A stretch of 64,000 nt of DNA, from NCBI GenBank assembly GCA_963762565.1, contig CAVXLD010000012.1:64001-128000 (forward strand), written 5' to 3'. This DNA comes from an uncultured Verrucomicrobiae bacterium (lineage in GTDB: Bacteria > Verrucomicrobiota > Verrucomicrobiia > Chthoniobacterales > JAFAMB01). Made by a program: the position numbers and the translations under genes. Below the pieces are notes generated by a model. That model did no database searches. It was not told the origin of the DNA and saw nothing but the letters and a program-made list of their open reading frames with translations. This document shows, in pieces, positions 1 to 10,468 of this stretch (its first letter is position 1; every line of letters starts with the position of its first letter).

Positions 1-66
1 TCCTTACCGATTAAGTAGACTTTGCAAGCTCTTTCTGATTGCGAATCCACGGCAGACCCAGAATTC

Positions 67-97
67 AACCGCAGACAAGCTGCAGATTTACGCAGAT
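67..97. repeat. Single arm of CGCAGAT-type repeat (family A)
   Basis: aaccgcagacaagctgcagatttacgcagat resembles the left arms at 10288 and 42989. Confidence 0.6.
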
Positions 98-194
98 GAA
101 GAATCGAAGGCGCCACGCACGCGCGCGAATAGACACGGATGGTCCGACATTTGCCTCGCGCAAGCAAAAATGCGCACGACGTGGGGAGGGCGCG

Positions 195-257
195 CAGCCT
201 GTCCGACGTAGCCCACGGTCTTTCGCGTGTTTTTAGATTCGCTCGGCGAAGTCGGAT
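195..257. repeat. REP-like element (gcctgtccgacg...ggcgaagtcgga, family F)
   Basis: Shares end motifs with 12299-12361 and, in reverse, 53221-53320. Confidence 0.55.
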
Positions 258-463
258 CCCCGTGCGCCGCGAACCGGTCAATCACTTTGGACGTAACCTC
301 ACGCTGGATCGGCTCTGTCGTGGGCTTCGGGAACAACGGATCGCGAGGATCCGACGTCGCCAACGCTTGTAAGAAAGGCCTGCAGACAGAAGGCTATCTC
401 GGACAGGCAGCGATCCCTCCCAGCGATAGCCGCATTTTCCATACGAGGACGATTACGGAATGC

Positions 464-1015
464 CTACAGCGTTAGCCGCTCCAACAGGCGCTCTCCTTCC
501 GGCCAGGGACCATAGCCGGAGTCGGTGTTGATGTGGCCTGCGGATTCTAGAATGACAAGTTCACTGCCCCAGCTGGCTGCAAACCGGTTTGCGCGTTCGA
601 GGGTAACAAAAGGGTCATTCGTACTGACAACCGCGACCGACCTAAAAGGCAACCGGTCAAGTGGGTACGGTGCAAATCCTGTAGGACCGACTGGGATAGT
701 CTCGGCTTCGACATCCGGAGGCGAAACCAGGAGTGCAGCCGCTACCCGCTTGTTTCCGCTACCGGCGCCGGCAGCCCAATGGATGACAGCTGCACATCCC
801 ATACTATGGGCGACGAGCACAACCGGCGAATCGGCAGCCGCAATCGCCGTCTCAAGATTTTTTGCCCAATCCGAACATCGTGGATGCTGCCACTCATCCT
901 GTTGCACCCGCCGGTATTCAGGATGGCGCGCCTCCCATAAAGATTGCCAATGCGTGGGACCAGAGTCACCTAGTCCTGGAATCATCAATACAGAACGGGG
1001 TGATCGTACATTCAT
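464..1015 (-). CDS. RBBP9/YdeN-family alpha/beta hydrolase
   Basis: IPGLGDSGPTHWQ N-terminus, nucleophile motif AHSMG, STNDP, AGHIN; 183 aa. Confidence 0.9.
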   Translation of the reverse strand: MNVRSPRSVLMIPGLGDSGPTHWQSLWEARHPEYRRVQQDEWQHPRCSDWAKNLETAIAAADSPVVLVAHSMGCAAVIHWAAGAGSGNKRVAAALLVSPPDVEAETIPVGPTGFAPYPLDRLPFRSVAVVSTNDPFVTLERANRFAASWGSELVILESAGHINTDSGYGPWPEGERLLERLTL

Positions 1016-1062
1016 TCTTTGTTCAACAGCCGGTCATTCTCGGAAAAAGCCCGGTCGAAACT

Positions 1063-1911
1063 TCAATTCACATTATTGTGGGTAAGAATCTGGGCCACCG
1101 CTCGCGCGACACCGCCCTCATCATTTGAACCTACAACCGAATCTGCGGCCGCCTTCACTCGGTCTGACGCATTGCCCATGGCGAAGGCTAACCCGACTGC
1201 GCTCAACATCTCCAGATCGTTCGGGGCATCACCGATGCCGGCGACTTGCGACAGTTCCAATCCGAGTGCATCTGCTAAAATCGATAACGCCTTGGCTTTG
1301 TTTACCCCGATCGGAAGGATTTCCAGATAGTTCGGTTTGGAAAAAGCCGCGCCGACCGCCGCTCCAACCACTGCCGCGATTTGCGGAAGGGTGCTAGGAG
1401 CCTCCTCCAGGCTGCTGATGAGCATGATTTTGCTGGGTTCTTCGTTGTTCCCAAGCAATTTGTCAGTCACAACGGGCCGCTGATTGAGGATTGCGCATTC
1501 CTCCGAAATTTCGTCGGTCAAAGCTCTGACCCGCCAGCTCTCCGGCGTTAAGACGTTCGGCTCGACCTTGTGAGCCAACGCCGTTGCTATTACCGAGCGC
1601 GCAACATCGCCCGGCATCCGTCGATCAAGCAAAACGTATTTTGGCTCCAACGATTGCGGATCGAGCTCGCCGATCCAAGCACCGGAAAAACAGATTAACT
1701 TAGGCGAAAAATCGAATTGGCGGACAATATCGCGGACCGCCTGCGGACCACGCGCGGTCGCCAAAACAACCTGTACCCCAGACCCCGCCAAACGGCAGAC
1801 CGCATCTCGAACCTCAGCTCCCAACCGATGTGAGCTATCCAGAAGCGTCCCATCCACATCAATTGCAAACAACCGAACCGCAGATTTTCGTGATGCTGGC
1901 TCATTTATCAT
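1063..1911 (-). CDS. Cof-type HAD-IIB family hydrolase
   Basis: DVDGTLL motif I, ATAR, GVNKAKAL, GDAPNDLEML motif IV. Confidence 0.92.
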   Translation of the reverse strand: MINEPASRKSAVRLFAIDVDGTLLDSSHRLGAEVRDAVCRLAGSGVQVVLATARGPQAVRDIVRQFDFSPKLICFSGAWIGELDPQSLEPKYVLLDRRMPGDVARSVIATALAHKVEPNVLTPESWRVRALTDEISEECAILNQRPVVTDKLLGNNEEPSKIMLISSLEEAPSTLPQIAAVVGAAVGAAFSKPNYLEILPIGVNKAKALSILADALGLELSQVAGIGDAPNDLEMLSAVGLAFAMGNASDRVKAAADSVVGSNDEGGVARAVAQILTHNNVN

Positions 1912-1942
1912 CTGAACCTCCCTTACCCTGCTGCCGGAAACC

Positions 1943-2238
1943 GATCCACAGATTAAAGAAGTTTAAATATCCGCAGATTACACAGCCCCGAAAGTCTCCG
2001 GGGTAAAATTACGCAGATTTCGGTTTCGAGGACGATCCGATCGCTGGGCTAAAGGAGACTGCTTCCTCGTCTCACGCGCCGCGACTTCGCGGCCAAAGAT
2101 GCACACGCGAAAGTTAGGAACCTTGTACCGTGATATGAGGATGCGGCATTTTATAGTCGCCAGTTCAGATCAACCCAAAACCGAAATCTGCGTAATCTGC
2201 GTAATCTGCGGATCTTTAAACTTATTAATCTGCGGATC
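1943..2238. repeat. Miniature inverted-repeat element, CGCAGAT-array arms (family A)
   Basis: Left arm gatccacagattaaagaagtttaaatatccgcagatta...ttacgcagatttcggttt is the near reverse complement of aaaccgaaatctgcgtaatctgcgtaatctgcggatctttaaacttattaatctgcggatc. Confidence 0.85.
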
Positions 2239-3367
2239 AGACGTTCTCCCACTTCTTCGAACTAGCCGAACGCAGCACTGCATCGACCACCTTCTCGGTC
2301 TCTAAGGCGGATTCAAAGGTCGGTTCGGCCGGGATTTTCTCGTCCAAGGAGTTTACGAAATCTGCGACCTGATGAATGAACGAGTGTTCGTATCCAATTG
2401 AGAGACCGGGCACCCACCAATTGGCCATGTAAGGATGATCTCCGTCGGTGACATGAATCGAACGCCAGCCGCGCATAGCGCCTTCGTCTTTATGATCAAA
2501 CCATTCGAGCCGGTGGAGATCGTGAAGGTCCCAGGCGATCGAACCGTGTTCGCCGTTGATCTCGAGCGTATAAAGCGCCTTATGACCTCGAGCGTATCGC
2601 GTCGCTTCGAACGTAGCGAGTGACCCGTTCTTAAACCGGCCCAAGAAAGCGCTGGCGTCATCGATGCCGACCTCGGTCATTTTGCCGGTCATCTGATGCT
2701 GGCGTTCCTTGATGAAAGTCTCAGTCATGGCTGAGACAGATTCAACTTCTCCGTTCAACCAAATCGCGGTATCGATGCAATGAGCCAATAGATCCCCGGT
2801 TACGCCACTACCGGCCACATCCACATCTAGTCGCCACAAAGCGGCGCCTCCTTGCGGAACCGCAGCGGAGATCGTCCAATCCTGCAGAAACTTTGCCCGA
2901 TAATGGAAGATCCGTCCAAGCTTTCCGGACCCAATGATTTGCTTCGCTAACGTAACCGCTGGGATCCGGCGGTAGTTATACCAGACCATGGTCCGGGTTC
3001 CGGCTTTTTTGGCCGCATCGACCATCTGCTGTGATTCGGCCAGATTACGCGCCAAGGGTTTTTCGCATAAGACCATTTTTCCTGCCTCGAGCGCCGCGAT
3101 GGCAATCTCAGCATGTGTATCATTCGGGCTCGCAATATCGACAACCTCAATCGCAGGATCCTCAATCAGTTTTCTCCAATCTGAATAATGAGATTCGTAG
3201 CCCCATTTGTGAGCGAATTGTTTAACTTTGTCCGCGTCTCGCGCAGCAACCGCCTTTAGAACCGGTTGATATTTGAGATCAAAGAATTGGCTAACGGTCA
3301 GGTACGCATTCGAATGCGCACGTCCCATAAAGCCATAGCCGATCAAGCCGATGTTCAGTTTTTTCAT
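2237..3367 (-). CDS. Gfo/Idh/MocA-family NAD-dependent oxidoreductase (levoglucosan-dehydrogenase-like subfamily)
   Basis: [13 protein letters not shown]ossmann motif, [26 protein letters not shown]. Confidence 0.92.
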   Translation of the reverse strand: MKKLNIGLIGYGFMGRAHSNAYLTVSQFFDLKYQPVLKAVAARDADKVKQFAHKWGYESHYSDWRKLIEDPAIEVVDIASPNDTHAEIAIAALEAGKMVLCEKPLARNLAESQQMVDAAKKAGTRTMVWYNYRRIPAVTLAKQIIGSGKLGRIFHYRAKFLQDWTISAAVPQGGAALWRLDVDVAGSGVTGDLLAHCIDTAIWLNGEVESVSAMTETFIKERQHQMTGKMTEVGIDDASAFLGRFKNGSLATFEATRYARGHKALYTLEINGEHGSIAWDLHDLHRLEWFDHKDEGAMRGWRSIHVTDGDHPYMANWWVPGLSIGYEHSFIHQVADFVNSLDEKIPAEPTFESALETEKVVDAVLRSASSKKWENV

Positions 3368-3379
3368 GTGAAGGAATTC

Positions 3380-3403
3380 GGGAGGGCGCGCGTCCTCGCG
3401 CGC
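3380..3403. repeat. Single REP-like palindrome (family C)
   Basis: gggagggcgcgcgtcctcgcgcgc matches the arms of elements at 9057 and 54633. Confidence 0.65.
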
Positions 3404-3423
3404 TTAGAGTTTCACCACGCCCA

Positions 3424-4461
3424 TCATTCCACCCACCCATGCGCCTCGCGCACCGAAACCATGGTCTGCAGAATAGAATCCCACGTCTCGGGCTTGAGCA
3501 TCACCTCGTTCGGGAACATGCAACCATCCCAGCAAATGTGTTGGAATGCCTTGGTCAGGTTTCCTTTCTCATCGCGCAACCAATAACCGGCGTCCCGCGC
3601 TACGTTCAGCTTCCCGTTTGGATCATCCGGTAAACAATGACGTCCGGTCTTATCATGAGAACCGCTCCCTTTTACGGTGGCATCGTTTTGCGCGACATGG
3701 AAGTCAATGGTCCACGGCCGGAGTGCACGCGTCATGGTCTTCAAGGCCTCTTGCACCTTGCTATTGTCCTGCCAGTCAAACCCGGGCGGCAAAATCGCGT
3801 CTTGCGGAGCGTTGTAACCCAAGGTGTAAAGGAGGGTATGCGCCATATCGGCTTGGAACCCGAGCGTTTGAGGTCTGTCTACCAATTCCAACAACTCAAG
3901 CATCCGTTTCCAACTATGCATCCCACCCCAACAGATCTCGCCTTCGGCTGCTAATCGCTCTCCATCACCCTCAGCAATATCGCAGCACTCTCGAAAAGTC
4001 GCTGCGATCTTCTCCGACGCTTCAGGGTCATTCGTCCAAGTCTCGGGATCGGTAGCGGAATCGACTCGGACGACACCGTACGGTCTAATCCCCAGTTCTT
4101 TTAGCTTCTTCGCGATCCGGCTCGCTTTCGTGACCTGTTCTACGAAGCGTTGGCGCTCGTCCGGCTTCCCCATAGCGGAACCACCTCCCGTCGGAGGCCA
4201 TACCGGCGCGATTACTGTGCCGGCTACGAGGTTCTTTGAAGCCAATTTATCAGCCAAGCGTTTGAGATCGTCATCGCTCGAATCGATGCTGATATGGGGA
4301 TCGGCAAGAAACAGATCCACGCCTTCAAATCGGACACCACCGCTTTCGGCGCCAGTCGTCAGATTCAGCATCGTATCTAGATCAATAAACGGTTCAGACC
4401 CAGGACCCTTGCCGACGAGTCCGGGCCACATAGCGTTGTGTAACTTGGGAAAATTATTCAT
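3424..4461 (-). CDS. Sugar phosphate isomerase/epimerase, xylose-isomerase-like TIM barrel
   Basis: Metal-ligand-like motifs [25 protein letters not shown]; co-oriented with the oxidoreductase. Confidence 0.85.
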   Translation of the reverse strand: MNNFPKLHNAMWPGLVGKGPGSEPFIDLDTMLNLTTGAESGGVRFEGVDLFLADPHISIDSSDDDLKRLADKLASKNLVAGTVIAPVWPPTGGGSAMGKPDERQRFVEQVTKASRIAKKLKELGIRPYGVVRVDSATDPETWTNDPEASEKIAATFRECCDIAEGDGERLAAEGEICWGGMHSWKRMLELLELVDRPQTLGFQADMAHTLLYTLGYNAPQDAILPPGFDWQDNSKVQEALKTMTRALRPWTIDFHVAQNDATVKGSGSHDKTGRHCLPDDPNGKLNVARDAGYWLRDEKGNLTKAFQHICWDGCMFPNEVMLKPETWDSILQTMVSVREAHGWVE

Positions 4462-4504
4462 GACATGACATCAGTGCCCGGGTTCCGGAACAGCGGCTCC
4501 CAGC

Positions 4505-4534
4505 TCCGCCGCCGCTTCGCTATGCCGCGACAGG
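4505..4534. repeat. 30-bp miniature element, also present inverted at 10374-10403
   Basis: tccgccgccgcttcgctatgccgcgacagg matches the reverse complement of 10374-10403 at 29/30 positions. Confidence 0.8.
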
Positions 4535-5062
4535 GATGCAGCAACCGCCGTCTTCGCTGAATCGAGGGTTCGTTCTTGGTTATTGGATGGGGGGCGGAAA
4601 CGGGGGCTGACTTTCATCAGCGCGCACCGCGGTTCGACACTAACCTCGCCCCGGTTTCATCACAAGCTCCACCTTCGCCGAACCTTCCGCCTTCGTCCCT
4701 TATTCCCAGAACTATGGCGGGACAAGTCGGTGCGACCAGTCCAGGCGGGTTTATTTCTGGTCGCGAAATAATTACGGCTTCGGCTTTTCAATTTTATTCG
4801 AATCTGGTTCTAATCGAAGTAGGTTTGCAAATTGCCACGGTGCCGGAGCTATCCGCACTGGTATTCGCGTTAACCCCCCTTCGAACAATGACGATCAAGA
4901 CCGCAGCCCGTCGGTGCGCCTGTCTCATCGGCGGCCCTGCTTACCACAGCCTCGCTAGCGAGGCACGCTCCACGGGTGGCGACCCCTCATTCCGCGGGCG
5001 CCGGGCCGCTACCAACGGACAACCGCGAAGGGCACCCCGCCAACCGTGAACGTTGCCATTCG

Positions 5063-6547
5063 ATGAGCGAAATCCTTCGACTAAGAAACATCTCGAAAAC
5101 ATTCCCGGGCGTGGTGGCTTTGCAGAACATCTCGTTCGATCTGCACGAGGGCGAGGTGCATTGTTTATGCGGCGAGAATGGCGCCGGTAAATCGACCCTG
5201 ATAAAGATCCTCTCCGGCGCATATCAACCGGACGAGGGCGGTGAAATTTTCTTTGAGGGAAAGCCGGTGGTTCTCAGTCCGCGCTTGGCTATGAGCCTGG
5301 GCATCCAAACGATTTATCAAGAGCATGTCGTCTTCGAGACGCTCAGCGCGATGGAAAATATTTTCGCCGGCGCCGAGATCGTAAAAAGAGGGTTCCTGCA
5401 AAAAGGAGAAATGAGGCGGCAGACCTTGGGGGTTTTGAAATACCTCAAGAGCGATCTCAGCCCGGACGCAAAGATCGGCGACCTAAATAGCAGCGGGCAG
5501 AAAATTGTGGAGATCGCGAAAGGACTCATTTTCAAACGGAGAGCCATTATTCTCGACGAGCCAACGGCTTCGCTTACCTCCGCAGAGATCGAGAACCTGC
5601 TCGACATCGTAGAAACCGTTAAGAATAGCGGTCTGGGAATCATCTACATCTCTCATCACCTGGAAGAGGTATTTAAGATTGGAGACCGGGTCACAGTATT
5701 GCGAGATGGACGCAAAGTGAGCCAGCACGACATCGCCGGCCTGACCAAAACTACTTTGATCAAGGACATGGTCGGACGCGACCCATCCACTTTTTACCGG
5801 CGCGAAAAAGTGCCTATCGGCGAGGTCGTATTCGAAGCCAGAGCAGTCACCGGCAACGGCGCTCGAGACATCTCCTTTACCCTGCGCCGAGGCGAGATTC
5901 TGGGCATCGCCGGCATGGCGGGTTCAGGTCGCTCCGAGCTAATGAACGTCCTGTTCGGGAGCGCACGCCTCGACTTCGGCGAAATCTTAATCAACGGAAA
6001 AGTTGTCAAACAGTCGACCCCGCAGAAAGCCATCCGAAATAAGATGTGTTTCATCACGGAAGACCGGCAGAACACCGGGCTTTTTCTTCCCCAAACGATC
6101 GCGCAGAACGTCACCATTGCGAACCTGGTGAACACCCGGGAATTCGTTGTTCATAGCCGGGAGGATGCTGAGATCGGAGACAAGTTTGTTAAACAGCTCG
6201 CGATTAAGACACCGAATTCACAGACCCGGGTAGTTGAATTGTCCGGCGGCAATCAGCAAAAGGTTGTGTTGGCGAAATGGTTTAACACCAACGGCGAGAT
6301 CTTCATTTTTGACGAGCCAACCTTGGGTATCGACGTCGGCTCCAAGCAGGAGATCTACAGGTTGATGGTCGAACTGTTGAGGCAAGGCAAAGCCATCATC
6401 ATGGTTTCTTCCGATATGCCCGAGGTAATCTCGATGAGCGATCGCGTCATTGTGATGAAGAACGGAGAGAAGATGGCGGAACTGACTGCCGAGGAGATTT
6501 CGGAAGAGAACATCCTGACCTACTCGATTGGACACAAGGAAATATGA
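5063..6547 (+). CDS. Monosaccharide ABC transporter ATP-binding protein (RbsA/MglA type, two ATPase domains)
   Basis: GENGAGKST Walker A, ILDEPT, LSGGNQQK, IFDEPT; start moved to ATG 5063 (MSEILRL). Confidence 0.95.
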   Translation: MSEILRLRNISKTFPGVVALQNISFDLHEGEVHCLCGENGAGKSTLIKILSGAYQPDEGGEIFFEGKPVVLSPRLAMSLGIQTIYQEHVVFETLSAMENIFAGAEIVKRGFLQKGEMRRQTLGVLKYLKSDLSPDAKIGDLNSSGQKIVEIAKGLIFKRRAIILDEPTASLTSAEIENLLDIVETVKNSGLGIIYISHHLEEVFKIGDRVTVLRDGRKVSQHDIAGLTKTTLIKDMVGRDPSTFYRREKVPIGEVVFEARAVTGNGARDISFTLRRGEILGIAGMAGSGRSELMNVLFGSARLDFGEILINGKVVKQSTPQKAIRNKMCFITEDRQNTGLFLPQTIAQNVTIANLVNTREFVVHSREDAEIGDKFVKQLAIKTPNSQTRVVELSGGNQQKVVLAKWFNTNGEIFIFDEPTLGIDVGSKQEIYRLMVELLRQGKAIIMVSSDMPEVISMSDRVIVMKNGEKMAELTAEEISEENILTYSIGHKEI

Positions 6548-7638
6548 GCGAGCCTGCGAAACGCCAATCTCTCTTCCAGCGACACGAGAATTTGAGAGTG
6601 TTGTCGATCTTTATCGGGTTCGCCATCATCATCGTCCTGTTACAATTGATAACGGAGGGGACAAACCGATTCCCGACGTTTATCAGCCCCGTAAATCTGC
6701 TGAACATCCTACAGCAAGTCGGTGTCCCGGGAATCGTCGCGGTTGGCATGACGATCGTGATGATCTCGGGGGGGATTGATCTCTCAGTCGGGATGCTGGC
6801 TTCGCTCGTCTCTATCGTGACGGCAACCGGGATATCAAAGTGGCATATCGGAGTTGTGCCTTCCATCCTGGCCGGAATCCTGACCGCGGTCGTCCTGGAG
6901 ACCATCATGGGCTACATCATTTCGCGCACTAAGGTGGAGCCTTTCATTATCACGCTCGGCGGCATGATCACATTTCAGGGAATGGCGCTCTTGCTCTGCA
7001 ATTCGCGCGAGGTGATCATGAATCGAGAGCTGGACTTTTTGAAGGTGAACTTGATTCAGGGAGCCAGAGATCCGTTCAACCATCTCAGCCTGATCATCCC
7101 GCCCTACGTCCTGATCTTCTTCCTGATCGCGCTGCTCGGCGGGTTGCTTCTGAACTATACGAAATACGGCCGGGGAGTCTATGCGGTCGGCACTAACCCC
7201 CAAGCAGCTTACCTCGCCGGTATCAACGTCCAGAACGTGAAGCTCTCGGTTTACATCATCATGGGTTTGCTGGTGGGTATTGGCGCGGTCATGCTCCTGG
7301 CGCGAGTCAACACCGGCATTATCACCCTTGGACAAGGCCTGGAGATCGACAGTATCGCGATGGTGGTTATTGGAGGAACCGCGCTCAAAGGCGGCAAAGG
7401 TAATATCGTGGGCACCTTGATCGGCGTTTTCTTTCTGGGATCGATCGGCAACGCCATGAACATGCTGCGTTTACCGTCCGAAGTGCAATTCGTTGCCAAA
7501 GGGCTCGTAGTGATCATCGCGGTATCAGCAGGGGATGTCTCGACCAGAATTTCTGGGTTCCTATCAAGGAGGAAGGAGCTGCGTTGGCGCGCAGAACAAC
7601 GGGCAGCGAAAGGAGAAAGTGTGGAGTCGACAAAATAG
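6544..7638 (+). CDS. Monosaccharide ABC transporter permease (RbsC type)
   Basis: GGIDLSVG, GRGVYAVGTN, IGGTALKGGKG; ATGA overlap with ATPase. Confidence 0.95.
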   Translation: MSEPAKRQSLFQRHENLRVLSIFIGFAIIIVLLQLITEGTNRFPTFISPVNLLNILQQVGVPGIVAVGMTIVMISGGIDLSVGMLASLVSIVTATGISKWHIGVVPSILAGILTAVVLETIMGYIISRTKVEPFIITLGGMITFQGMALLLCNSREVIMNRELDFLKVNLIQGARDPFNHLSLIIPPYVLIFFLIALLGGLLLNYTKYGRGVYAVGTNPQAAYLAGINVQNVKLSVYIIMGLLVGIGAVMLLARVNTGIITLGQGLEIDSIAMVVIGGTALKGGKGNIVGTLIGVFFLGSIGNAMNMLRLPSEVQFVAKGLVVIIAVSAGDVSTRISGFLSRRKELRWRAEQRAAKGESVESTK

Positions 7639-7648
7639 CAAAATAAGA

Positions 7649-8791
7649 ATGAAACCAGGTTCAATCGGACAATTGAAGACGAAACGGCAGACGAAACGTC
7701 TGGCACTGATGTTAACCGGCCTCACCGTACTGAGCGCAGTGATCTTACCTGCCGGTAAGATAGCAGCGGCTGAGGGTAAACCAAAGGTCATCGGATATTA
7801 CATGGATGCCTCTGATGACTATTATAAAGCGGGTTTCCAAGTGTTCAAAGCGCTGGCCACTAAAGCTGGTTGGCAAGTACAGGACGTAGTGGGGCAAGGA
7901 ACTGCTCCCGAGCAGATTGCTGCGGTGGAGAATTTCATCACCCAGGGGGTGGACGCGATCGTGGTGGTTCAGAACTCGCCCCAGACTACCTCAGAGACAC
8001 TGAAACGGTGCCACGATGCCGGGATTCCGGAGTTTCACCTCACTCACAATCCGCCAAACGAGCCAGGGTTGGCAGGGTTCGCCGGATTTGACTGGGTCTA
8101 CGATGGAGAACTCGCGGGGAAATCGGCCATGAAACACAACGTTAAAAAGTTGATCATGATCGAAGGTAAACTTGGCCAGGGGACCGCCGCCGGCCAGACG
8201 CAAGGTTTTCTCCAGGCGTACAAGAAAGCCGGCAAGGACATCGGTAACGCCCTAGACAGCGTTGGCGTACGCGGCGCCGGCGGCAAAGACCTGCAGGTAG
8301 TGTTCTGGGGCTCAGGAAATTGGTTCGCTGATCCAGCAAAGAAAGTGATGCAGGATGCTATCACGTCGCTGGGACCGGATGGGTTTGATGGCGCTTATGT
8401 CCAAAACGACGAGATGATGACGGGCGCCCTCGAAGCCATGCAGGAGGCCGGACTTGATTCCAGCAAATACTGGCTCGGTGCCAGCAACGGTAAAGAGAAG
8501 TCTTGGAACTGGGTGGAAAAAGGACAAACCACGATGGACGTTAACCAATGCCCCACACTCGAAGCGGATATTTGTTTCCAGCAGATGACTGCCTACTTCG
8601 ATAAAAAGCCGTACAAGCGAGCTGTGTTCGTTAACTTTTTGCCGTTCGAAAAAGACACGCTGGACAAATCTAAGTTGATTCCGTGGATCCTGAACGACTA
8701 CATGACGAAGAGAGCAGCGAACGCGTTTGTGTACGACATCAATAATGCCGTGTTTAGAGAGAACCCGGCCTACGCGGTAGCAGCGAAGTAA
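7649..8791 (+). CDS. Sugar ABC transporter periplasmic substrate-binding protein
   Basis: Basic N-region plus hydrophobic signal; QIAAVENFITQGVDAIVV and NDEM motifs of RbsB-like proteins. Confidence 0.88.
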   Translation: MKPGSIGQLKTKRQTKRLALMLTGLTVLSAVILPAGKIAAAEGKPKVIGYYMDASDDYYKAGFQVFKALATKAGWQVQDVVGQGTAPEQIAAVENFITQGVDAIVVVQNSPQTTSETLKRCHDAGIPEFHLTHNPPNEPGLAGFAGFDWVYDGELAGKSAMKHNVKKLIMIEGKLGQGTAAGQTQGFLQAYKKAGKDIGNALDSVGVRGAGGKDLQVVFWGSGNWFADPAKKVMQDAITSLGPDGFDGAYVQNDEMMTGALEAMQEAGLDSSKYWLGASNGKEKSWNWVEKGQTTMDVNQCPTLEADICFQQMTAYFDKKPYKRAVFVNFLPFEKDTLDKSKLIPWILNDYMTKRAANAFVYDINNAVFRENPAYAVAAK

Positions 8792-8820
8792 ATTAGGAGT
8801 TCCGGTAGGGCGTTTTCTTG

Positions 8821-8850
8821 CGCGCCGGTTGGCGGTCACCAATCGGCGCG
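8821..8850. terminator. Hairpin downstream of ABC operon
   Basis: cgcgccggttgg-cggtca-ccaatcggcgcg, 12-bp stem with one G-U; no clear U-tract. Confidence 0.4.
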
Positions 8851-8872
8851 GGCATCCATCTGAATGAATCGA

Positions 8873-9300
8873 GATTTACCGCGAAGCGGTTAAACAATAT
8901 AGCCCAGGCCTTCAGGCCTGGGTGCGGCCGCCACATAGACTCGCCCTGAAAGGGCGACCGATGGTGTGCCGGTCAGTCAACGCGCCATCGCTTCGACACT
9001 CCTCGGGCGCCGCTCATGAGGCGCTTCGCTCTCAAAATGTGTGGGGACCCATCGCCGGGAGGGATCGCGTCCTCGCGATCCGTCGTGACCGAAACTGGGG
9101 ACGTGTTTTGATCAAGGAAGAAAATAGGCCGCTGGGTGGTGGCACGTCCTCGCGGCGCGCGGGGACGCGCGCCCTCCCCGAATTGCCCCCCGCCAAGGCG
9201 CGGTTGGAGGTGCTTTCAGGGCGCATTTCGGATCGGCGCAACCCAAGGCCGAAACCTTTCGGGCCTGGGCTATTTTGTATAGCCGCTTCGCGGCAAAATC
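8873..9300. repeat. Large inverted-repeat (REPIN/MITE-like) element
   Basis: gatttaccgcgaagcggttaaacaatatagcccaggcc pairs with ggcctgggctattttgtatagccgcttcgcggcaaaatc; inner gccctgaaag / ctttcagggc pair. Confidence 0.85.
9057..9178. repeat. ~122-bp REPIN-like element (family C) nested in 8873-9300
   Basis: Arms gggagggatcgcgtcc...ggacgcgcgccctccc; aligns along its length to 54633-54756. Confidence 0.85.
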
Positions 9301-9400
9301 CGACAGCCTCCTAGGCTAAAACCTTTTCAGCCCCGAAATGCTTCGGGGTAAACGCTTCGCGGCTCTACCAGTCCGTTGGCCATCGGCTATTGGTTATTGG

Positions 9401-10234
9401 CTATCCGCGAAGCGAGATCGCCTTGTAGGCTCTCATCGTTTCGCTGATCGCTTTCTCGACCGGGAGCCGCTCCATACTGGAGGCGCCGTAGAAGCCGTGT
9501 AAGCCTTTGGTCCGATGCAACACGTATTCGGCATCGGGCGGCTCAGAGATGGGGCCGCCATGACAAAGAACAATGACCTCAGGGTTTATCGCTTTGGCTG
9601 CATCGGCGATTTCCTGAACCTTGGCCGGCGCATTCTCTAAGGTCACTGCCGTTGTCGCGCCGATCGATCCTTTAGTCGTGAGTCCTAAATGCGCCACGAT
9701 AATGTCGGCTCCTGCCTCCGCCATGGCTTTGGCTTCGTCCGCGTTAAAACAGTAAGGCGTGGTTAACAGATTCATCTGATGCGCTAACCGGATCATCTCG
9801 ATCTCCAGGCCGAAGCCCATGCCGGTTTCTTCAAGATTCTGGCGGAACAATCCATCGATTAAGCCAACCGTCGGAAAATTTTGTACACCGGAAAAACCGG
9901 CATCGGCTACCTCTCTTAGGAAAAGCGGCATTTGGCGAAATGGATCGGTCCCACAGACACCAGCCAATACCGGGGTATCTCTGACGACGGTGAGAACTTC
10001 ATTGGCCATTTCCATGACAATGGCGTTCGCGTCACCATACGGCATCAAACCGGACAACGAACCGCGACCGGCCATGCGATAGCGGCCGCTATTGTAGATA
10101 ATGATTAAATCGACACCGCCGGCGGCTTCGAATTTCGCCGATATACCAGTGCCAGCACCGCCCCCAATAATCGGCCGGCCCTCGGCCATGACTGCCCGTA
10201 ACCGTTTAAGAACTTGTTCTCTAGTAAGCGCCAT
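9401..10234 (-). CDS. TIM-barrel 'signal transduction' / phosphoenolpyruvate-hydrolase-like protein (Tm-1 C-terminal domain family)
   Basis: [52 protein letters not shown]. Confidence 0.92.
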   Translation of the reverse strand: MALTREQVLKRLRAVMAEGRPIIGGGAGTGISAKFEAAGGVDLIIIYNSGRYRMAGRGSLSGLMPYGDANAIVMEMANEVLTVVRDTPVLAGVCGTDPFRQMPLFLREVADAGFSGVQNFPTVGLIDGLFRQNLEETGMGFGLEIEMIRLAHQMNLLTTPYCFNADEAKAMAEAGADIIVAHLGLTTKGSIGATTAVTLENAPAKVQEIADAAKAINPEVIVLCHGGPISEPPDAEYVLHRTKGLHGFYGASSMERLPVEKAISETMRAYKAISLRG

Positions 10235-10242
10235 AACTGAAA

Positions 10243-10460
10243 CCGCGAATGCACACGAATATACGCGAAGAAGAAAAGAAGAAATCCAACCGCAGATTAA
10301 CGCAGATGTACGCAGATAGATTCTCTAGAGTCGCCTCCCTGAATTTTGTTTGCTTTATCTGCGTGCATCTGTGCCTGTCGCGCCATAGCGAAGCGGCGGC
10401 GGATTCATCTGCGGTTTGCCTTTTTCTTCGCGTTTGGTCGTCTGCGCCTCTGTGGTGAAA
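10243..10460. repeat. Composite CGCAGAT inverted-repeat element (family A)
   Basis: aaccgcagattaacgcagatgtacgcagata ... tatctgcgtgcatctgtg...ttcatctgcggtt; flanks also resemble 42989-43238. Confidence 0.85.
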
Positions 10461-10468
10461 TTAAGTTG

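Noticed and set aside
88..363. 91-aa ORF and overlapping short ORFs
   Set aside because: Runs through repeat elements and has no recognisable motif.
525..1085. Long antisense ORFs here and opposite many other genes
   Set aside because: Shadow ORFs expected in GC-rich coding DNA.
4576..5049. 157-aa ORF
   Set aside because: Spans REP-like sequence and the probable divergent promoter region; no protein features.
8922..9314. 130-aa ORF
   Set aside because: Lies entirely in nested palindromic repeats.
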